Virus record (IMG/VR): IMGVR_UViG_3300027710_000009
Source of the DNA: a virus
Taxonomy: Duplodnaviria; Heunggongvirae; Uroviricota; Caudoviricetes
DNA: 64,000 nt
Direction: 5' to 3' (one strand)
Below the pieces are notes generated by a model. That model saw nothing but the letters and a program-made list of their open reading frames with translations. It searched no databases and had not been told where the DNA came from. A program made the position numbers and the translations under genes. Shown one piece after another: positions 14,868 through 25,291 of this stretch (its first letter is position 1; each line of letters begins with the position of its first letter).

Positions 14868-17696
14868 TTACTCAGCGTTTCTAATTTTGTCCAGCATGCG
14901 AGCCAGTCGTGCTTCCAAATAGTTGTTGCCTTCTGGAATTGCCATTGGGTTGTCACTTTGCTTGTAGCTGTGTTTGTACATGACTTTGCTCTTGTGCATG
15001 TCATTGCCACTGGCAGTCACAGCAGATACAGGTGCAGTGCGCTCATCAGGCTCATTGGCGTATTCGTCCAAGTCACCAACTCTTACCACTTGTGGTTCTG
15101 GCTTTTTGCCTATCATGCCTGCCATCTTGAGCATACTGGCTAACTCTTCTGCGGCTTCACCGTCAGCAGTTACAGTAACAGTCTTGCGACCTGTCTTGGT
15201 GTCCATGCTGGTATTGATGCTGACACCATCTTCTTGGCTCATTCCGCCCATGCCCATGTCGCCGCATTCCTCTAGCTCTTCTTTGTCCTTGGCAGCGTCT
15301 TTCATGGACTCTTTTTCATCATTGTCACCGTCAATATCAGCATAGTCTGGCTTTTCTTCACTTTCCATCATGCCGCATTCGTTCATGCCATGCATTTCGC
15401 AGTACTGCCCTTCAGCAGTCATGTTGCATCCGCCTTCATTCATTTGTTCGTCTTCGGCGCCTGTGACACTGAAAGACTTGCCGCCTACTTCAAAAGAGTC
15501 TTTGCCTGCACGAATGGCATTGGCACGAGCACCTGAAAATTCATTGCCTTCGTCAGTGGCCACTTCATCCATTGCGCTAGGCAATCCCGCAAGTCTTGCC
15601 AGTTCGTTTAGGCTGTCATGAACTTTGGTTTCACTAATTTCTACATCGCCGCCTTCAATCGCATTATGGAATTCATCAGCAACCCATTCATACGGATCAC
15701 CATCACGACCTTTTTTAACACCGTATGGCATGTCGTCAAAGTAATAGTCATACAATGCTTCAAACAAGTCTTGATCAAAATGTCCGCCTTGTGCAAATTC
15801 GCGAACTTCTTTACCAAAGCGGCGAACGATTGCTTGTAACGTACTTTCTGTCAGAACGCTTTCGTCAACTTTTTTCTTTTTAACTTTGTCTGGCAAACCT
15901 TTGTGCTTGGTAGATGCAAAATCTTCAGCATCTTTTTTGCCTATGTCTTTGGCAACCTTGCCGACTTCTTTGCTGGCTGGCTTTTCGCCTTTTTGTGCGG
16001 CGTGTACCATACCAAAGAATTTTTGTTGTGACTTGCTCTTGGCTTTTTCCATTACGAAAATTGCTTCAAGTTCAGCCATGGTGTCTTCAACATAAGTTTC
16101 AAGATTGATAGACTCAGCAACACGTGAACCTTTGTGTTTGTATGCCTTGGCTGTGGTACGCTCTGGGCCAAAGTTTTTCTTTGGACGACCTTTGGTCTTG
16201 GGTGCATCACCGGGTGCAGTTTTTTTCACACCTTTCTTTTCGTTGCCGTACTCGTCGTAGTCATCATCGTTGCCTGTGTCGTCACGATCACTGCGAGCAC
16301 CATATTTCTTGTTGCGATTGCGTTCGCTTTCAGGATCAGTGTTAACACCTCTCATGCCGCCTTGTGCGCCTTTGAGTAGATTCATGTCTAGGCCAGCTTC
16401 ATCAATGGTCTCATGATGCTTTGCGCATTTCTTGCAAGCGTTTTTGACTTCGTCAGTCAACGTGTCATCATGCTTGCTGTCCAAGTTGTCCATGATGTAT
16501 TTCATTGCTGGTTTGAATTCACTCTTGGGATCCCACCCACGCTTACGCATCCACTTGCGAACAGTATGTGCTGCCGCATCGTATTCACTGTGTTCTTCTT
16601 CTGTGGTTTTACGTGTGCCTGGCAATGAACTGTTGGCATTGTTCTCGTCGTACTGTTCTTCTTTGACTTCGTCATTCAATGCATCATCATCGTAAACACC
16701 GTGGCCACTGGTCTTTGATTCATCGTCGTAGCGGAATACCATTACATTTACATCGTCAATGTAGCCACGCACTTCCATGCCGTCGTCACTTTCTTCTTCA
16801 CGATCCAACCAGTCACCTTCAATGGTACTAAAGAAATCATCTGCATTGTCATAGTGGCGGCCATCGTCAGCTTGTAATTCTTCATTCATGCCTAGTCGTG
16901 CTTTGGCTTTGGCCAAACCTGCAGAACCAGTTGGGCTCTTGCTGGCTTCGTCGTCTAGGTCTTTTGTAGTTGTCTTCCAGCTGTCGTCACCAGGAGCGGC
17001 TTTGGCTTTGCGTTGGAAAGCAGGAATGTCACTCTTGTTAGGGCCGTCTTGATATTCGCCTTCATAAACTGTATCAACATCGGGTCTGGAACCCAAGTAA
17101 GTGAAACGATTTGTGCTGTCCCATTCTTGAAACGCTGCCTTTGCTTCAACTGCACTAGTAGCCTTGACTTGAGTGCTGTGTGATTTGCCTGGCTTCTTAG
17201 AATCTTTGTAGGCTACTGTGTATGTGCTGGCGCCTTTAGTTTCGCCTTCGTTGACATCGTCTTTATATTTGTTATATTTGTCTCTTACTTTGTCTAGGTC
17301 TTTGCCTTCACGTCCGGCCTTGGCTAGTGCTTCCATGCCTTTTTTGCCGTACTTTTCATAACCTTTGGCAGCACGACTCATTGTGCGCTCTTCAGCTTCA
17401 TCTACTATGTTCTTTTTACCCATGGCTTTTTTAATAGCTTTGTCTTTGCTACCCATGTACTCATCTTTACCAGATTCTTTTTTGCCGTCGCCGTCATAGT
17501 CTTTCTTGGCAAGCATGTCTTCATCAACTTCTTTTGCTTCAGCCAGTTTCTTGGCCAAACGGTCTTTCAACGAAAGAGGATTAGATGCAACAGCACCTTC
17601 ATTCAATTGCTTGAGCAGGCTCTCTTGCCTAGGAGGTTGTGGTTCCAGCGAGGCTAGTTTGTTCAATATATTGTAAATGTTATTACTTGTGGTCAT
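14868..17696 (-). CDS. Large charged modular protein, probable internal head protein
   Basis: 942 aa; modules separated by (V/I/L/M)xE; DxDGD motifs; AKSKSQQKFFG...FASTKHKGLP module (DUF3008-like, recall). Confidence 0.65.
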   Translation of the reverse strand: MTTSNNIYNILNKLASLEPQPPRQESLLKQLNEGAVASNPLSLKDRLAKKLAEAKEVDEDMLAKKDYDGDGKKESGKDEYMGSKDKAIKKAMGKKNIVDEAEERTMSRAAKGYEKYGKKGMEALAKAGREGKDLDKVRDKYNKYKDDVNEGETKGASTYTVAYKDSKKPGKSHSTQVKATSAVEAKAAFQEWDSTNRFTYLGSRPDVDTVYEGEYQDGPNKSDIPAFQRKAKAAPGDDSWKTTTKDLDDEASKSPTGSAGLAKAKARLGMNEELQADDGRHYDNADDFFSTIEGDWLDREEESDDGMEVRGYIDDVNVMVFRYDDESKTSGHGVYDDDALNDEVKEEQYDENNANSSLPGTRKTTEEEHSEYDAAAHTVRKWMRKRGWDPKSEFKPAMKYIMDNLDSKHDDTLTDEVKNACKKCAKHHETIDEAGLDMNLLKGAQGGMRGVNTDPESERNRNKKYGARSDRDDTGNDDDYDEYGNEKKGVKKTAPGDAPKTKGRPKKNFGPERTTAKAYKHKGSRVAESINLETYVEDTMAELEAIFVMEKAKSKSQQKFFGMVHAAQKGEKPASKEVGKVAKDIGKKDAEDFASTKHKGLPDKVKKKKVDESVLTESTLQAIVRRFGKEVREFAQGGHFDQDLFEALYDYYFDDMPYGVKKGRDGDPYEWVADEFHNAIEGGDVEISETKVHDSLNELARLAGLPSAMDEVATDEGNEFSGARANAIRAGKDSFEVGGKSFSVTGAEDEQMNEGGCNMTAEGQYCEMHGMNECGMMESEEKPDYADIDGDNDEKESMKDAAKDKEELEECGDMGMGGMSQEDGVSINTSMDTKTGRKTVTVTADGEAAEELASMLKMAGMIGKKPEPQVVRVGDLDEYANEPDERTAPVSAVTASGNDMHKSKVMYKHSYKQSDNPMAIPEGNNYLEARLARMLDKIRNAE

Positions 17697-18310
17697 TTTT
17701 GCTTTCCTCGCGGATTAGGGTTTTTTGTGTTCACAGGACTTGTGTTGTTCTGTGCAATGTCTGCTGTGGTCTTTGCAGTTTTTTCTTTGTGCAAAGATGC
17801 GGCCAAGATGTTGTCGTTGACATTTTTAACTTGTTGCGGCTCACTGCGATTTTTTTGTAATTCTTTGAGAAGACTGTCCACACGTTTTAATCCCACGTGC
17901 TCTTGTGCTTGATCATCTTCTTTGAAGTTATCCTTGCCAGGCTCGAGACTCTCTTCTGGATGCACATGCAAGTCGGCACCGTTTATTTCATCTTCGAGAG
18001 TGAAACGTGCCACAATCTGTACAGCAGGTATTCCTGTGCTGGCATGAATGGCAGCACGTACAGCTTCAGCTGTGGTTGGATAGTTTAGCTTTACTTCGAA
18101 CTGTTGTCGTGCAACAGGACCAAGACTATTAAATTCTCTGGTCACTGTGATTGGCTGTGCTTTGGGCTTGCTGATGTCCACTAGATCAAATGCGCTGAGT
18201 CCACGCTCAATTTTGTCCAGCAGTTCATTATCAAGCTCGCAATCAGCAATACGCACACGAAAATCAAATGTTCGGTGGCTTTCTGCTAGGTATTTCTTAA
18301 ACGCTTTCAT
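17693..18310 (-). CDS. Hypothetical protein, possible head protein
   Basis: 205 aa; N-terminus MKAFKKYLAE resembles the T4 capsid-targeting sequence. Confidence 0.65.
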   Translation of the reverse strand: MKAFKKYLAESHRTFDFRVRIADCELDNELLDKIERGLSAFDLVDISKPKAQPITVTREFNSLGPVARQQFEVKLNYPTTAEAVRAAIHASTGIPAVQIVARFTLEDEINGADLHVHPEESLEPGKDNFKEDDQAQEHVGLKRVDSLLKELQKNRSEPQQVKNVNDNILAASLHKEKTAKTTADIAQNNTSPVNTKNPNPRGKQK

Positions 18311-18341
18311 TACAGGATCCTATATCACATATTTAGCATTA

Positions 18342-18821
18342 TCATGCCTTTTTATTCTGGCCAAGTATCTCTTTGAGCAGGGTATTACGGTCCAACACTA
18401 CACCTTGACCATCAATCGGCGGTTCTTTAGTACCTTCTTTTTGTGCAACTTGATCTATGCGTAGCTTTTTGAGCTGTAGATCTACCATGCGCAGTTTCTT
18501 ATCCAACTTGGCTTGCTTGGCAGTAATTGCATGTCCCAACAACACACCTGCTGTTTGAAAGATTGTACCAGCATAACGTGCTTCTACATTCATGCCCAGA
18601 TCCATTAGATCTTGAAACTTGTCTTGAGCAAGTGCCGCTAGGTCATCCATCTCTTGATCAGCAACTTCTAAATCACGCACACCAGGCAGTGCGGCATCAA
18701 TTTTGTCAATGGCCGCATCAATGTCACGTATGTGTTCCTTATGATCACTGATAGTGGATTTTGGGTCCTCTATAAATGTTTCTGCAGGAAGGTCAAAAAG
18801 TTGTTCTAATTTTTTGGTCAT
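18342..18821 (-). CDS. Probable terminase small subunit (gp16-like)
   Basis: 159 aa helical; MNVEARYAG...; C-terminal DRNTLLK; late box 5 nt upstream. Confidence 0.55.
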   Translation of the reverse strand: MTKKLEQLFDLPAETFIEDPKSTISDHKEHIRDIDAAIDKIDAALPGVRDLEVADQEMDDLAALAQDKFQDLMDLGMNVEARYAGTIFQTAGVLLGHAITAKQAKLDKKLRMVDLQLKKLRIDQVAQKEGTKEPPIDGQGVVLDRNTLLKEILGQNKKA

Positions 18822-18829
18822 GCAGGTAT

Positions 18830-19264
18830 TTACCGCTTGGCACCTTGGTGGAAAATCTCATTTTCAGTTACTACCCTAAAACGCATACCGTTTTGTTTGC
18901 ACCAGGCATTGGCTGCGGCCCATTTTGCATGATTAAGCGCCACATAGGCTTTGTCTCTCATGCTACGTGCGCTTTCCATTGTGGTTTCAGTTGACGGTTT
19001 GATTTCAATTACCTCAGCATGTTTTTGCTGATTCTTGTCTGCGTAGATTATTAAAAAATCTGGAATGTACACTGTGTTTTTGTTTGTGAAAGGATTGCGA
19101 TAAGGTATACTAATTGCTTCACTTGCCCATTGCAGTATCGCAGGGTTGTTGTCGCAGAATTGCATAAACGCAAATTCCCATCCTGATCGATAGGTGGGAG
19201 TTCCTTTACCAATGTACTTGGCAGGATTGCGTACTTGAAATTTGCCTTGTGCGTATTTTGCCAT
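18830..19264 (-). CDS. Head completion nuclease (gp4/TnsA-like)
   Basis: NPAKYIG...YRSGWE; WASE; YIPDF; IEIKP; NHAKWAAA. Confidence 0.9.
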   Translation of the reverse strand: MAKYAQGKFQVRNPAKYIGKGTPTYRSGWEFAFMQFCDNNPAILQWASEAISIPYRNPFTNKNTVYIPDFLIIYADKNQQKHAEVIEIKPSTETTMESARSMRDKAYVALNHAKWAAANAWCKQNGMRFRVVTENEIFHQGAKR

Positions 19265-19644
19265 TATGCCAAGATGCTACGTTTGACAAACACGCTGGCT
19301 CTTGGTTGATTGGTTAGGCCAAGCAAGCTGGTGTTTATTCTATTGAGATTAAGAAAAGTTGCTAGATACAAATTAAGTTCACCAGGTGGCACTTTCTTGA
19401 AGTCTGCTAAAATTTTCATAGGAGTACTTCCACTGGCTAGACTAGTGAACACCACTGCATTGGTTAAATTTTTTGCACTTTCTTTATCGCCAGTTACACT
19501 TTCAAAGTAACTTAGTATAGCACCTTCAGCATCCACTGGCACATTCAATGTTGGTTGGAACAAGTTATTAAAATATTGTTCTACGTCTTTGCGAGCGCCT
19601 GGTGTCAGGTCCACACTGTTTGGTAGATTGCTAGATGTTGACAT
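19264..19644 (-). CDS. Hypothetical protein
   Basis: 126-aa ORF with TAATG coupling on both sides. Confidence 0.7.
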   Translation of the reverse strand: MSTSSNLPNSVDLTPGARKDVEQYFNNLFQPTLNVPVDAEGAILSYFESVTGDKESAKNLTNAVVFTSLASGSTPMKILADFKKVPPGELNLYLATFLNLNRINTSLLGLTNQPRASVFVKRSILA

Positions 19645-21056
19645 TATACTGTTTTACCTTGTGATAAATTTCTTAATAGGGTATCAGCATCATTGATGTT
19701 GATTTCATATCTGGCTGCAATCTCAGCTGTGAGTTCTTCAACACTAAATTGAGGAAGAGTGCGAGCACTGGTTGCCAATGTGTTTGTTGTAGCTTGCGGC
19801 AACTGAGGAAACGGTGCTGGCGTAAATGGTCCAGTGCTCGAAGGCACAGTTGATACCAATGCACCATCACTACTGGCTCTGTAATCTATTGAAGGCAGTG
19901 TTTCGTCGCGCAGTTGTTCTCTATTGAGAACATCAACAATAGTAGTTCCGTTAGGTAGTCGTGGATTATTACCACTGGCATTTAATGCATTGATACCAGT
20001 GCCTGGCTGTACGCCTGATGATTCTGCAATGATTGGCGAGCCACTACCACGTATGGTATTTGTTGAGTCAGCAACACTAGGCACGGTGACTCGAGACAAA
20101 GGATTTGCACCACTGCCAAGTGCCACTTGAATAGTGTTCAACCCTTCATTGATTGCCATGTCTCCAATGTTTTTACCTTTGAATGTTTGCTGTGCTTTGT
20201 TTAGTTTTAAGAATGCTGCACCAAAGTTGCCTGTGGCCAGGTCTGCCATAACGTTGTCTAGAGTATCTACCAGACCGCCAGTACCAAACACACTAGAAGT
20301 AACACCAGTTTTAAGAGGACTTGGCACATTATCGTACAACAATAAAAAACTGTCGCTGAAATTGTCCTGCGTGACTGCACCTCTAAAATACTTTACTGTT
20401 TCGTAGGCAACAACCATGTCATGTTCTAGTAGATTAGATCCGTCATTGGTATGTTCGCCATGGCGGAATGCTGTAATAATTGGATTGATTAAAACATACT
20501 CGCTGAATCGACCAAGACTAAAACTAAAGATGCGAATGGCTCGCAGTGGGTTATAACTTTGAGTTCCTGCCAGCTCGTCAAAACCTGGACGAGGATTATA
20601 ACCCCATCCATCTTTATTTCTAGGAAAACTTTTATTAGTAGTTAGATACTGTCCCAGTACATAGTCACTATCTCTATAGTAAAATGACATATAGTCATAC
20701 CAAAATTCTCTAATGATATCACTGCTGTCGTCATGAAACTTCAGTGTCACCGGATCATACTTTAATTTCTTCTGAATAATATTGGCACGATTGTAGGCAT
20801 TTACAGTTTGAGTATCAATGGTAAACTTTGGAAGCTGTGCAGACTTGGCCAAGGCGCCCATTTGGATTGCTGATTTTGCATTTGTCAATAGACCTTGCGG
20901 GCCATCGTCAAAATCAAATTGCACATAGAACATGAACGCATATTTGGGACTGCGAATAAATTTGCCGTCCACAAATATTTTTGAAGCGTGTTGATACGAC
21001 TTCAAAGTGTCTTGTGAGTTTAATCCTTGGGTAAGGGTTTCTAGTAAATTGGCCAT
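19644..21056 (-). CDS. Tail-tube-like / baseplate tube initiator (gp54-like); start moved to MANLLE
   Basis: AKSAQLPKF...YNR...YDPVTLKFHDD tube-fold pattern; adjacent to the tube gene; AGGA SD. Confidence 0.65.
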   Translation of the reverse strand: MANLLETLTQGLNSQDTLKSYQHASKIFVDGKFIRSPKYAFMFYVQFDFDDGPQGLLTNAKSAIQMGALAKSAQLPKFTIDTQTVNAYNRANIIQKKLKYDPVTLKFHDDSSDIIREFWYDYMSFYYRDSDYVLGQYLTTNKSFPRNKDGWGYNPRPGFDELAGTQSYNPLRAIRIFSFSLGRFSEYVLINPIITAFRHGEHTNDGSNLLEHDMVVAYETVKYFRGAVTQDNFSDSFLLLYDNVPSPLKTGVTSSVFGTGGLVDTLDNVMADLATGNFGAAFLKLNKAQQTFKGKNIGDMAINEGLNTIQVALGSGANPLSRVTVPSVADSTNTIRGSGSPIIAESSGVQPGTGINALNASGNNPRLPNGTTIVDVLNREQLRDETLPSIDYRASSDGALVSTVPSSTGPFTPAPFPQLPQATTNTLATSARTLPQFSVEELTAEIAARYEININDADTLLRNLSQGKTV

Positions 21057-21084
21057 TGGTGTTTTCCTAGTAGTATTTATGACC

Positions 21085-21114
21085 AAAAAAAAGCCCAGCA
21101 AATGCCGGGCTTTT
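21085..21114 (-). terminator. Intrinsic terminator after the tube gene
   Basis: AAAAGCCCGGC-ATTT-GCTGGGCTTTTTTTT. Confidence 0.75.
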
Positions 21115-21134
21115 GTAGTGTGTTGCCGTCTGGA

Positions 21135-21761
21135 TCAACCAGTCATTGTTGTACCCAATGTTCTTCCAATAGCGGCTCCTACTCCTGAGACGCCTTGTGT
21201 TTGAATTGCATTGTCATATTTCATTGTTAACTGAATTTTGACAGGATCGTTTGATGTGTAGTTTAGTTCACCATAGTTGACTGCGCTCAGCAAGCAACCA
21301 TAGATTTCCCAAGTTTCAAGCACGTTTGGTCCACCACCACTAGCAGTACCGTTACCGCCATCTAGCATTTCACAAACTGTGATAAACTTATAATCAATAC
21401 CCGAAGCGGCAGAAGCCTGCTCCATAAAGTCAAACTGTTTCTGTAATTGCTCGCCCACTAAACGGCTTACGTTACCTTGCGCATCGTCGCGTAGGTTAAT
21501 TGTAATGTCTTGCCAAGCTGGTTTTCCAAGTAGTTTCACACGACTGTTGTAAGCATCGACTGTGACTTCGTCGAATGTTACTTGAGGGCGAGTAAAATCC
21601 ATAACCTGTTTGGTAAGTTCTGTTTTAGGGTTGCTTACCCCAAAGCCGTTAAATGTAATGCGGAATCGGTAGGACAGTTTGGGCATCAACAGACCTTGCG
21701 TTGACGCACTTTGGCTGGTAGCCAACGGTACTGTAAATTTTGTTAATGATGCAACAGCCAT
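21135..21761 (-). CDS. Tail tube protein (gp19-like)
   Basis: PKLSYRFR; RPQV; GKPAWQDITINLRDD; follows the sheath gene. Confidence 0.85.
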   Translation of the reverse strand: MAVASLTKFTVPLATSQSASTQGLLMPKLSYRFRITFNGFGVSNPKTELTKQVMDFTRPQVTFDEVTVDAYNSRVKLLGKPAWQDITINLRDDAQGNVSRLVGEQLQKQFDFMEQASAASGIDYKFITVCEMLDGGNGTASGGGPNVLETWEIYGCLLSAVNYGELNYTSNDPVKIQLTMKYDNAIQTQGVSGVGAAIGRTLGTTMTG

Positions 21762-21841
21762 TTTTGTAATCTCCTATTACTTTTATTTATCCTTTTTGGA
21801 GAGTTATAAATCAGCCCCAGCTGACCTATAACTCATTCCAA

Positions 21842-24800
21842 TTACCTTCCGCCTGCCGCAATATCACCTGGATTCTTCAAGCGAATTGGGATGTAGATAA
21901 ACTCAACATCTTTCATTGGCTCGATAGCAATATCCACATACAGCTCATTACGTGCAATACGATCTGACGTATTGTTGGTGGTGTCACAAACTACTAGGTA
22001 GTCGTAAATACCACGTTTTGCTACTAGATCGTTCATTGCGCCATCAATTGCATTCTTGATCTGGTCACGTGTGCCTTTGTCGTTTGGCTCAAACAAATAA
22101 GCATTACTGATACCTGTTAAAGTGGTACGAATAAAGTTTACCAAACGACTTACGTTCACGCGATCTGTGCTCTGAGCAACTGCGCTACGTGTTTTGTTAC
22201 CATACACAGTGATACCTGCACCTGGCAACAAACTGATTGGGTTGATACGATTGATGTACAACATATCGCGTTGGCTTTGTGTGATACCAGTGCGTACAAA
22301 CTGCCCAGTAGTGTAGTTTACATAACCAATTGCATTGGCATTGTCAATCTGTCCACGGCGTGTTCCAGCTGGTGCGAACCAAGGAAAGCTGATGTTATCG
22401 CTGTAGATGAATGTACGCAATGCCATATGACTTGCTGGGACTACAATTTCGTTGCCGTTGATATCATTGGTCAATCCATGTGGATAATATGTACCTAGGT
22501 ACACATGTCCAGACACTTCTGATGTTTCGCTCCACTGAGTTACTGCTGTGCTAACAGGAGTAAGATCAAGTGGTGTGTCGCCAATGATAAATGCAGTTTC
22601 GTTACGGTCCTTGTTCAAGGTTACCATGTTAGGAATCAGCTCTGGATAACCTGGGCAAACGATCAAGTTGTAGTTGTATTGCTCTTCACGGATGTCAGTA
22701 TTGCTATCAATGGCGCTTCGCAGAGCCTTGATAACCATTTGGCGTTGAGCTTTGTGTCCATGATATGGAGTTCCGTCGCTTTGTACACCGCTGGCATTTA
22801 CCCATGTGCTGGTATAAGTTGGAATAGTACCAATTTCGTTGCTGCCATCATCTGTTGCTTCTGGATAAGCTGTGGCTGTGAATTTGGCGCTGACAAATTG
22901 TTTTACATTCATGCCGTTGCGGCGTGTGTTCCACAACAATGTACCACGTGGATACAAGCGATAGTCTGGGCAGTCAAGGTCAATGTAGTTGCTGAGCAAC
23001 ATGGTTGCAACCTCTGGTAGATCGCCTGCTACTGGGTCAACAATGCCACCAACACTGGTTGCACCATCAAGACTTGCGTCCCAACGTGCATCAGCAAATA
23101 TCACACCGTTTTGGCTGATCTTGTCGGTGTTGTCAAGCAATGTCCAGTTTGCACCTGTGTAACGATACAATACTGGGAAGTTTTCCAAGTCAGCTGTGTC
23201 AATCCACAAGTCACCTGCCACAAGAGCAGTGCCGTCACTTTGCAGTGTTGGTTGTGTTGTTGCAAACAATGGACCAGCTGGGTCGGTGTTGGTCAGATTG
23301 TAACCACGAGCATCGTTGGTTACTGTGCGATACCCTTTCCAACCGTCTGTGCCACAGATCATTACATCTGCTTCAGTAGCATTTCCATAGTACCACAGTG
23401 CGCCATCTTCTGGAGCAATGTATGGTGTTTCGGTGCTGTAAGTCAAGTCTGTCAGTGTTGTCCACTTGCTGGCAACCAAACTACCAAAATATGAACCACT
23501 TTCGATACGTTCAATACCAGATATAGTAGTGCTAAAGCCTGCTTCACTGATTTGATTGTTACCCACACCCTGGTTACCAGTTGTGTCAGTTAAAATAATG
23601 TCACCACCTGAACGATGAATTAAACTTACTGCGCCAGTGGTTTCCTTTTGTGCAAACACATTTGGAATATTCTTGGCCAGGACCAATGCTACAAAAGCAT
23701 CAGCTGTGGTACCATTGGTAGTAAATGTATAGTCAGAAACTGTAGGACTACCTGCTTGTGTTACACTGAGAGTAAATGTACGTCCAATAGTAAATGTTGG
23801 ACTTGTGGTACCTGTTACTTTTGTTTGGCCTGTACCGTTGCGTTTGAACACACGGAATGTTGCAGGATATGATGTTTTGGCATTTGGACTGTAAGGATTG
23901 GCTCCGCCATCTGTTGTGATATCCAATGATCCGTATTGAATAAACACACTGGAATCAACAATGCTTGCTCCGCCGTTCAGTGCATCAATACCCGCAAGTG
24001 CGGCTGCACGTGAAGCATACAAAGGAGCACTTTGTGTGGTAAAGGTTGATGTTGAACTATTGTATTTTTTAACTGCCCAGCTTGCGCCGCCGCCTGTGGC
24101 ACCAGTCTTGATCCAGATACTACCGCTTGGTGCAGGTGTTGCTTCGCCTGTGGCAAATGTTGGCACTTGAGTATAAGTACCAAATTTTAGCATTGGTGCA
24201 TAGTATGTTTTGCTGGCCACGCCTGCTGCCAACAATCCCAAAGTCACAGCGGTGTTGTTGCTGCCTTCTTGAATAGTGACTGTTCCAGCGCCGCTGGCTG
24301 CTGTTGCATCTGCACGAATAATCAAACGCAATCCAGTTGCTGTATCAGTGTCAGCAGTGATACCAGTCAATCCTGCGGTGTTGTTAATACTGCTAACAAC
24401 TTCCGCTACAGTTTCTGCTGTAATACTGTTTGTAGCGTTGATAGTAACTTGTACACCATTGATGCTAAAATAGTCACCATCGTTAACTTTGTCTGTGGTG
24501 TAATCAACCACAGTGCTTTCCACTGTTGGCCATGTTTCTTGCCAAGCACTGGTACCTAGTGGTACCCAGGTATTGGTATGATCTTTATAGAACATTGGGT
24601 TGTTTGCATTACGCACCACAACAGCATATGATCCAATGCTACCCACGCTGGTTTTTGGTGTGTTCAAATCATCATTTTGAACATCGTTTACGCTGGTAAT
24701 TATTGTAGGAGTAATTTTGCTGTAGGCCTGGGTTGCCGCGCTCCACTGGAACAAACCAAAATCTGTTGCAGTAAGATCAAGGTACAGGAAGTTGTTGGCA

Positions 24801-25189
24801 ACTTCGCCTTTGGGACGAATGCTAGTGGCTGTGAGAGCATTGAGATCAATGTCAGCACGGATGGCATATACCTGACTGCCAATTCCCAAAGCACTGTATG
24901 CGGCTTGTAGACCATATTCGTTGCGCTCATCGCCGTGTAGTGGACTGCCACCCGAAGTACGGAATGTTGGATATCCTAATGCGTTGATTAGTTCGCGTTG
25001 ACTACCAAACGACTGAAGTCTGCCTGCGTTAGCTTTGGTAGTACCAGTAGCAGTGCCACCGGTAGCAGGACTAGTTTTGTCTTGTTGTGTAGCAAGTAGG
25101 AGCAGAGGAATGGTTCCTGTTCCGGCAGTAACATATTGACTTTCGTCTGTTACTGTAATGCTTACACCTGGTGAAGTTAAAGTTGCCAT
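21842..25189 (-). CDS. Tail sheath protein (gp18-like) with a large central insertion
   Basis: LTSPGVSI; PWFAPAGTRRG; RINPI; DRVNVSRL; LFEPND; VVCDTTNNT..RI.RNEL. Confidence 0.95.
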   Translation of the reverse strand: MATLTSPGVSITVTDESQYVTAGTGTIPLLLLATQQDKTSPATGGTATGTTKANAGRLQSFGSQRELINALGYPTFRTSGGSPLHGDERNEYGLQAAYSALGIGSQVYAIRADIDLNALTATSIRPKGEVANNFLYLDLTATDFGLFQWSAATQAYSKITPTIITSVNDVQNDDLNTPKTSVGSIGSYAVVVRNANNPMFYKDHTNTWVPLGTSAWQETWPTVESTVVDYTTDKVNDGDYFSINGVQVTINATNSITAETVAEVVSSINNTAGLTGITADTDTATGLRLIIRADATAASGAGTVTIQEGSNNTAVTLGLLAAGVASKTYYAPMLKFGTYTQVPTFATGEATPAPSGSIWIKTGATGGGASWAVKKYNSSTSTFTTQSAPLYASRAAALAGIDALNGGASIVDSSVFIQYGSLDITTDGGANPYSPNAKTSYPATFRVFKRNGTGQTKVTGTTSPTFTIGRTFTLSVTQAGSPTVSDYTFTTNGTTADAFVALVLAKNIPNVFAQKETTGAVSLIHRSGGDIILTDTTGNQGVGNNQISEAGFSTTISGIERIESGSYFGSLVASKWTTLTDLTYSTETPYIAPEDGALWYYGNATEADVMICGTDGWKGYRTVTNDARGYNLTNTDPAGPLFATTQPTLQSDGTALVAGDLWIDTADLENFPVLYRYTGANWTLLDNTDKISQNGVIFADARWDASLDGATSVGGIVDPVAGDLPEVATMLLSNYIDLDCPDYRLYPRGTLLWNTRRNGMNVKQFVSAKFTATAYPEATDDGSNEIGTIPTYTSTWVNASGVQSDGTPYHGHKAQRQMVIKALRSAIDSNTDIREEQYNYNLIVCPGYPELIPNMVTLNKDRNETAFIIGDTPLDLTPVSTAVTQWSETSEVSGHVYLGTYYPHGLTNDINGNEIVVPASHMALRTFIYSDNISFPWFAPAGTRRGQIDNANAIGYVNYTTGQFVRTGITQSQRDMLYINRINPISLLPGAGITVYGNKTRSAVAQSTDRVNVSRLVNFIRTTLTGISNAYLFEPNDKGTRDQIKNAIDGAMNDLVAKRGIYDYLVVCDTTNNTSDRIARNELYVDIAIEPMKDVEFIYIPIRLKNPGDIAAGGR

Positions 25190-25291
25190 GTTCGTCTTTC
25201 CTTTATATGATGACGTTTTAGATATTTATTTGGTTTCGGCAAAAGACACCCATTACAGGTACCTTTATAAAGGTCACCGCATAAATACCAT

